From: Podarcis vaucheri
Lineage: Eukaryota
DNA length: 64,000 nucleotides
NCBI GenBank assembly: GCA_965113315.1
Contig: OZ220371.1
Reading direction: 5' to 3' (one strand)
Part shown: one piece after another, positions 59,969 through 64,000 of the stretch
How positions within the stretch are numbered: position 1 is the stretch's first letter
Layout: each line of letters starts with the position of its first letter
Notes under the pieces: model-generated
What the model was told of the DNA's origin: nothing
What the model saw: the letters and a program-made list of their open reading frames with translations, nothing else
Database searches by the model: none
Made by a program: the position numbers and the translations under genes

Positions 59969-62672
59969 GTTGTCCAGGGCTTTGTAAAGTAATGTAAACT
60001 TTTTCACCAATGCCAAGAGAATAGTATCGTACACTACTAATAAGCACAATTATCACTGATGCTTTAGCGTAAGCAGCAGTAATTCCTACAGGCGTAGAAT
60101 ATTCAGTACCATAGGGTAGGAGAAAATGACTACATCTTTACACAAACAAAGAAGACTAAAGTGCTACTCCCTTTCTGCTGATGGTACTTTGATTATGTAA
60201 GTGGGATCAGACGACCCGATGACAACTGGGAATACCACTTGGTCAAAACACACAGCAGTGAAGCTCAAGAGAGCACTTTGCATTTCAGACTCCCTTAATA
60301 TTACACTGTGGGTTGCCAGTGGAAGGAGAAAAAGTCACAAATACTCAATTTCTAAGCTTTGCCCTGAAAATCCGTAGCGGTCTGAACCAATTACAAATAT
60401 TCCATGCTTTAGGAAAACAGGCCAATTCCCCTATTTACACAAACAATTTGTACTTGAATGCAGATGACTCCCTTTTAACTTAAAAAAACCAACAGAAAAT
60501 ATTTTCTTCCCCTGAAAGATATTGTATAAATTTGTTCCATACCGAAACATGTAGTCTAGTTTAGCTGTTTCCCTGCCCGCCCGCCCCATTTAATGATAAG
60601 CCCACTACAGTAATTTCCCCGCTTAAGGGGAAAAGAACAAGTCCGTTCTAGAAGGGAACATGCTTGCACACTGGAGTGGTACAACAGGGAACTGCTCAGT
60701 TTCTCAATAATTCATTGAAAAGGTTACCAGATGTGCATGGCTGCACCTAGGGAGGGAGCAACTGCGTCACTCATCACGAGAACTGGAATTGTCACAGACA
60801 CGATCTGGTAAGGGATGCATATTCCATGCAGTATTCATTATAGTAACGGATGTGGTAGTACAGAGTAGGACTGTATTTCCCAAGCAACATCACTGCTGTT
60901 TGCAGGAAAACGCTCCTGTCGATTCATCAGAGTAACAGGCACTCAGAGTTATGCTAGGTCCACACCATTATGGGCCAACACCATCACTTTTAATTGGGGC
61001 TGGAAGCTATTGGGAAGCAGCTTGCAGATACTTGAGTGAACAAGCTCCTACTTCCCCCATTTTCATCAGGTGTTGTGGAGACATGCTTTATTTATTTATT
61101 TTTATTTCCACGGCGGCCCCATGGTGGACTACATTGCTGAAATTAACCGGGGAAGTTACCTCAGAATAAATTGAGAGACCTGCACTCTGGTAAACAAAAC
61201 AGTTGGTGGATAAAGTAGAACGAAGCTGGCAGAAAAGCACTTCTGGCGAAAGCTGCTGCACAAGATTATAAACAGTGGATCCAGGATTATTCCCAACTGC
61301 AAATTCCCAAATCTGCTAGGGTTGTGGAAGCACTATAAACGAACAGTCATTCAACTTTATAACAACTTTATTTCCATTCTGTCTTGATTCACACTTGATC
61401 TCATTCTGAAGCACCTACACTGCATTGAGCTCTTGGAGAAATTGCAGGACAACAATTCGCAAGTCAGTAGGGAGGCAAGCAATTTCGGGAACTTATATTC
61501 AGGTGGTATGAATAAATCAAAAAAGCTCGTCCCATATGGTTGAGAGGCCAGACGCCGGGTTTATAGTTGCAAATGTAGAAAAGGCTTTTCAGCATACGTC
61601 ACATATAATGTCTAAATTGGGGGGGGGGGCTCCATGTTTTAAAACTCTAGTAATGAGTTTCCTTAACTTTGATGAATGCTTTGCTAACTCCAATGAAAGA
61701 TCACAAAGAATGCCTGGAGGAAGACTGCTGAGATTATGTGAAGGCGCCAAATTGTGAGCATATCTTTCTAAATAAGGTCAAGCTTCCTACCACCTTGGCC
61801 CCGCAACACACACATTGTTGAGGAAAGTAGTATTATAGCACTCAAAGCCTACTGCAGTGATGGAGAGCTTCACAGATTCAACTTCCACCAACTGAAGAGT
61901 ACTAAATGATTTTGTAGGAGCCGTGCTCCAAAGTGCATGTTTGGAAGTGTATGCTTCCAAACTAACTAGTTTTCCATTATGTCCAAACTGTGGAGAGCTC
62001 TAAGAATCACGATTCAATCCTTTCCTCTTTGAACTAACCACTGGACCTCTCCAGTGTTAGGTTATAATGGGAAACTATGATTACTTTAAAAGAGGAAGCA
62101 AGGATGGAGAGGGGAAGGGGACAAGTCTGAGGCTCATTCTTACAACACTAAACCACAGCTTTTGTGCTCTATCTAAAACAGCCCACGTGGGGAGGTAATC
62201 TAACTATCGTATTTGTGAAGCATTTACTCTGGTGTTCAAAACACCTTGGGAATAAAGTAAAATTTGTAACACACCTCCCTCCCCTGCAATTGTAACTTAT
62301 AAAACTCGACATAATGAATCAATAATTGAAAAAAGACACGGAAGGGTACAGCATACATTTCTGGGAAAGACAGTTTTCTCTAAATATATTTCTTCCCACA
62401 ATTGCTTTTAAATGGGAACTGGATCATCTTTCTACACAGTTGCACCACAAAATCTGCATCTGTGTGCTGAAAATACAAACCAATAATGAATTGCAAGACT
62501 AAGCACCAAGTATATGATAATGTCTATTACTACACAGTGTACAAATTAAAGTTCTTGGTTGCATGGGCATTTTAATATATGCTATTATAATGCCTTGGAA
62601 GTATTCCATAAAATATGGTGCCCAGCTCTTCTCAACTCTATATTGAAGTTGTGAACATCTACCAGCAACGTA

Positions 62673-62914
62673 CAGTGGTACCTCGGGTTAAGTACTTAAT
62701 TCGTTCCGGAAGTCCGTTCTTAACCTGAAACTGTTCTTAACCTGAAGTACCACTTTAGCTAATGGGGCCTCCCACTGCTGCTGCGCCGCCAGAGCACGAT
62801 TTCTGTTCTCATCCTGAAGCAAAGTTCTTAACCCAAGGTACTATTCCTGGGTTAGCGGATTCTGTAACCTGAAGCGTATGTAACCTGAAGCGTATGTAAC
62901 CCAAGGTACCACTG
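62673..62914 (+). mobile_element. Tigger/pogo-like MITE, copy 3 (longest)
   Basis: TIRs CAGTGGTACCTCGGGTTA / TAACCCAAGGTACCACTG, TA TSD. Confidence 0.9.
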
Positions 62915-64000
62915 TACCTAGCTGAGATATGTCTAATTATAGTATTTCCTTTTGTACTCAGAAAATACATGCAGACAAGAATGGAGACAATTCTCTTCAC
63001 TGCCATACACCCATCGTCTGTCTTGAATTATTGCCATGACAACTTTCTTCTGTCTGCAAAAATTAAGACGCAACCTACCCTGAAGTTCTGTATCTTGTCC
63101 AACCAATTGGAGACATCACCAAATCTGTACACATCAGAAAGGAATTTCTAGAATGCTGGAGGTCACATTAAGTTCTTTCAAGTTTCCCTAACCCATTGTC
63201 ATTCAGTGTGTCTGCTATATAATTTTGCATGGACAGAGGCTACAATTGGAGTTATCAAGCAAGCAAATTTGTTCAAACCAAATGAAAGGCATTTCTATAG
63301 CATGAGTCCCTAAGGTTCAAAGCCAATTTTCTTTTCTTTTTTTCCATGTGGACAGGATTGCCTATTATTGGGGATATTTCAGTCCACCATGCGTGTACAA
63401 ATTAATGACATTCTGCTTTGCATTTGAAAGAAACTGAGATTTAAAACTAGTCTACTGCTTTCTTCTTACAATAAGTTAATGAAATGGAAGGATAACAACA
63501 AGATTAACAAAGGGTAATGACTTGGAATGACTGAAGAAAAGTATCTGCCCCGTCACTTTTCTGCTTCTGTAATAAAGACACTTCGGTAACAATGTATTCT
63601 TTTCTCTAAATGAAAGCAAACATCAACTAAATAAAGGTTAGCTTCCCATAAACAAGAACACTACATATTATTTAACCAACTTATCAATACCTTTGTTTAG
63701 TTGTCTGATGAAAGCTACAGAACTCATGTCTTATTGATTGTGGGACAAAAAGTAATTCAAATTATTTGAAAACCCATGTTCTTTTTTCCCTCAGTGACAC
63801 AATACAGCAAATTACAGATCACAACATATTTTGGTTGCTTCCTGGTTTACAGTTCTATTTTTGCACAACCAGAAATATGTGGCCCAACAAATCTACAAAG
63901 CCTTTGTATGAGCTAAATTTTACTTATGCACATATTTTTGGACTGAATGGCCCAATGCATAATGACACTACAGAGAAATATTCACTGCTTCAGAAGCCTG

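Noticed and set aside
54700-64000. FBXW7 alpha or gamma first coding exons
   Set aside because: No acidic alpha-type (MNQELLSVGSKRRR..) or gamma-type (MSKPGKP..) sequence appears in the ORF track or on reading. They are presumably beyond the window.

Overview
Vertebrate genomic DNA. The repeat landscape (L2, L1, tRNA-head SINEs with CR1 tails, Tigger-like and hAT MITEs) points to a squamate, probably a lacertid-like lizard; this is an inference. The window holds the 3' part of FBXW7 (SCF substrate receptor: D-domain, F-box, WD40) on the minus strand. It includes the beta-specific first exon (54334-54056) and all ten common coding exons (83/142/135/124/137/114/182/226/211/269 nt, all GT-AG). 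These join to a 1902-nt ORF of 633 aa, followed by a ~1.6-kb 3'UTR dense in miRNA seed sites and ending in tandem AATAAA. The alpha and gamma first exons were not found and presumably lie beyond position 64000. Positions 1-15900 are intergenic. There are three N gaps. I cannot support a wholly new gene system. The most unusual items are: (i) an intronic Tigger-like element carrying a perfect 30-bp palindrome plus a 109-bp CpG-rich double-hairpin array; (ii) frame-compatible candidate extra FBXW7 exons (44 nt, 27 nt, ATG-only); (iii) a three-ATG, poly-Leu, p53-site architecture in the beta exon; (iv) the antisense DEspR/DEAR-like frame with its TGA; (v) an L2 nested in an L2, and an L1 with an 18-bp TSD. 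Comparisons to human and rodent sequences are from memory, not database searches.
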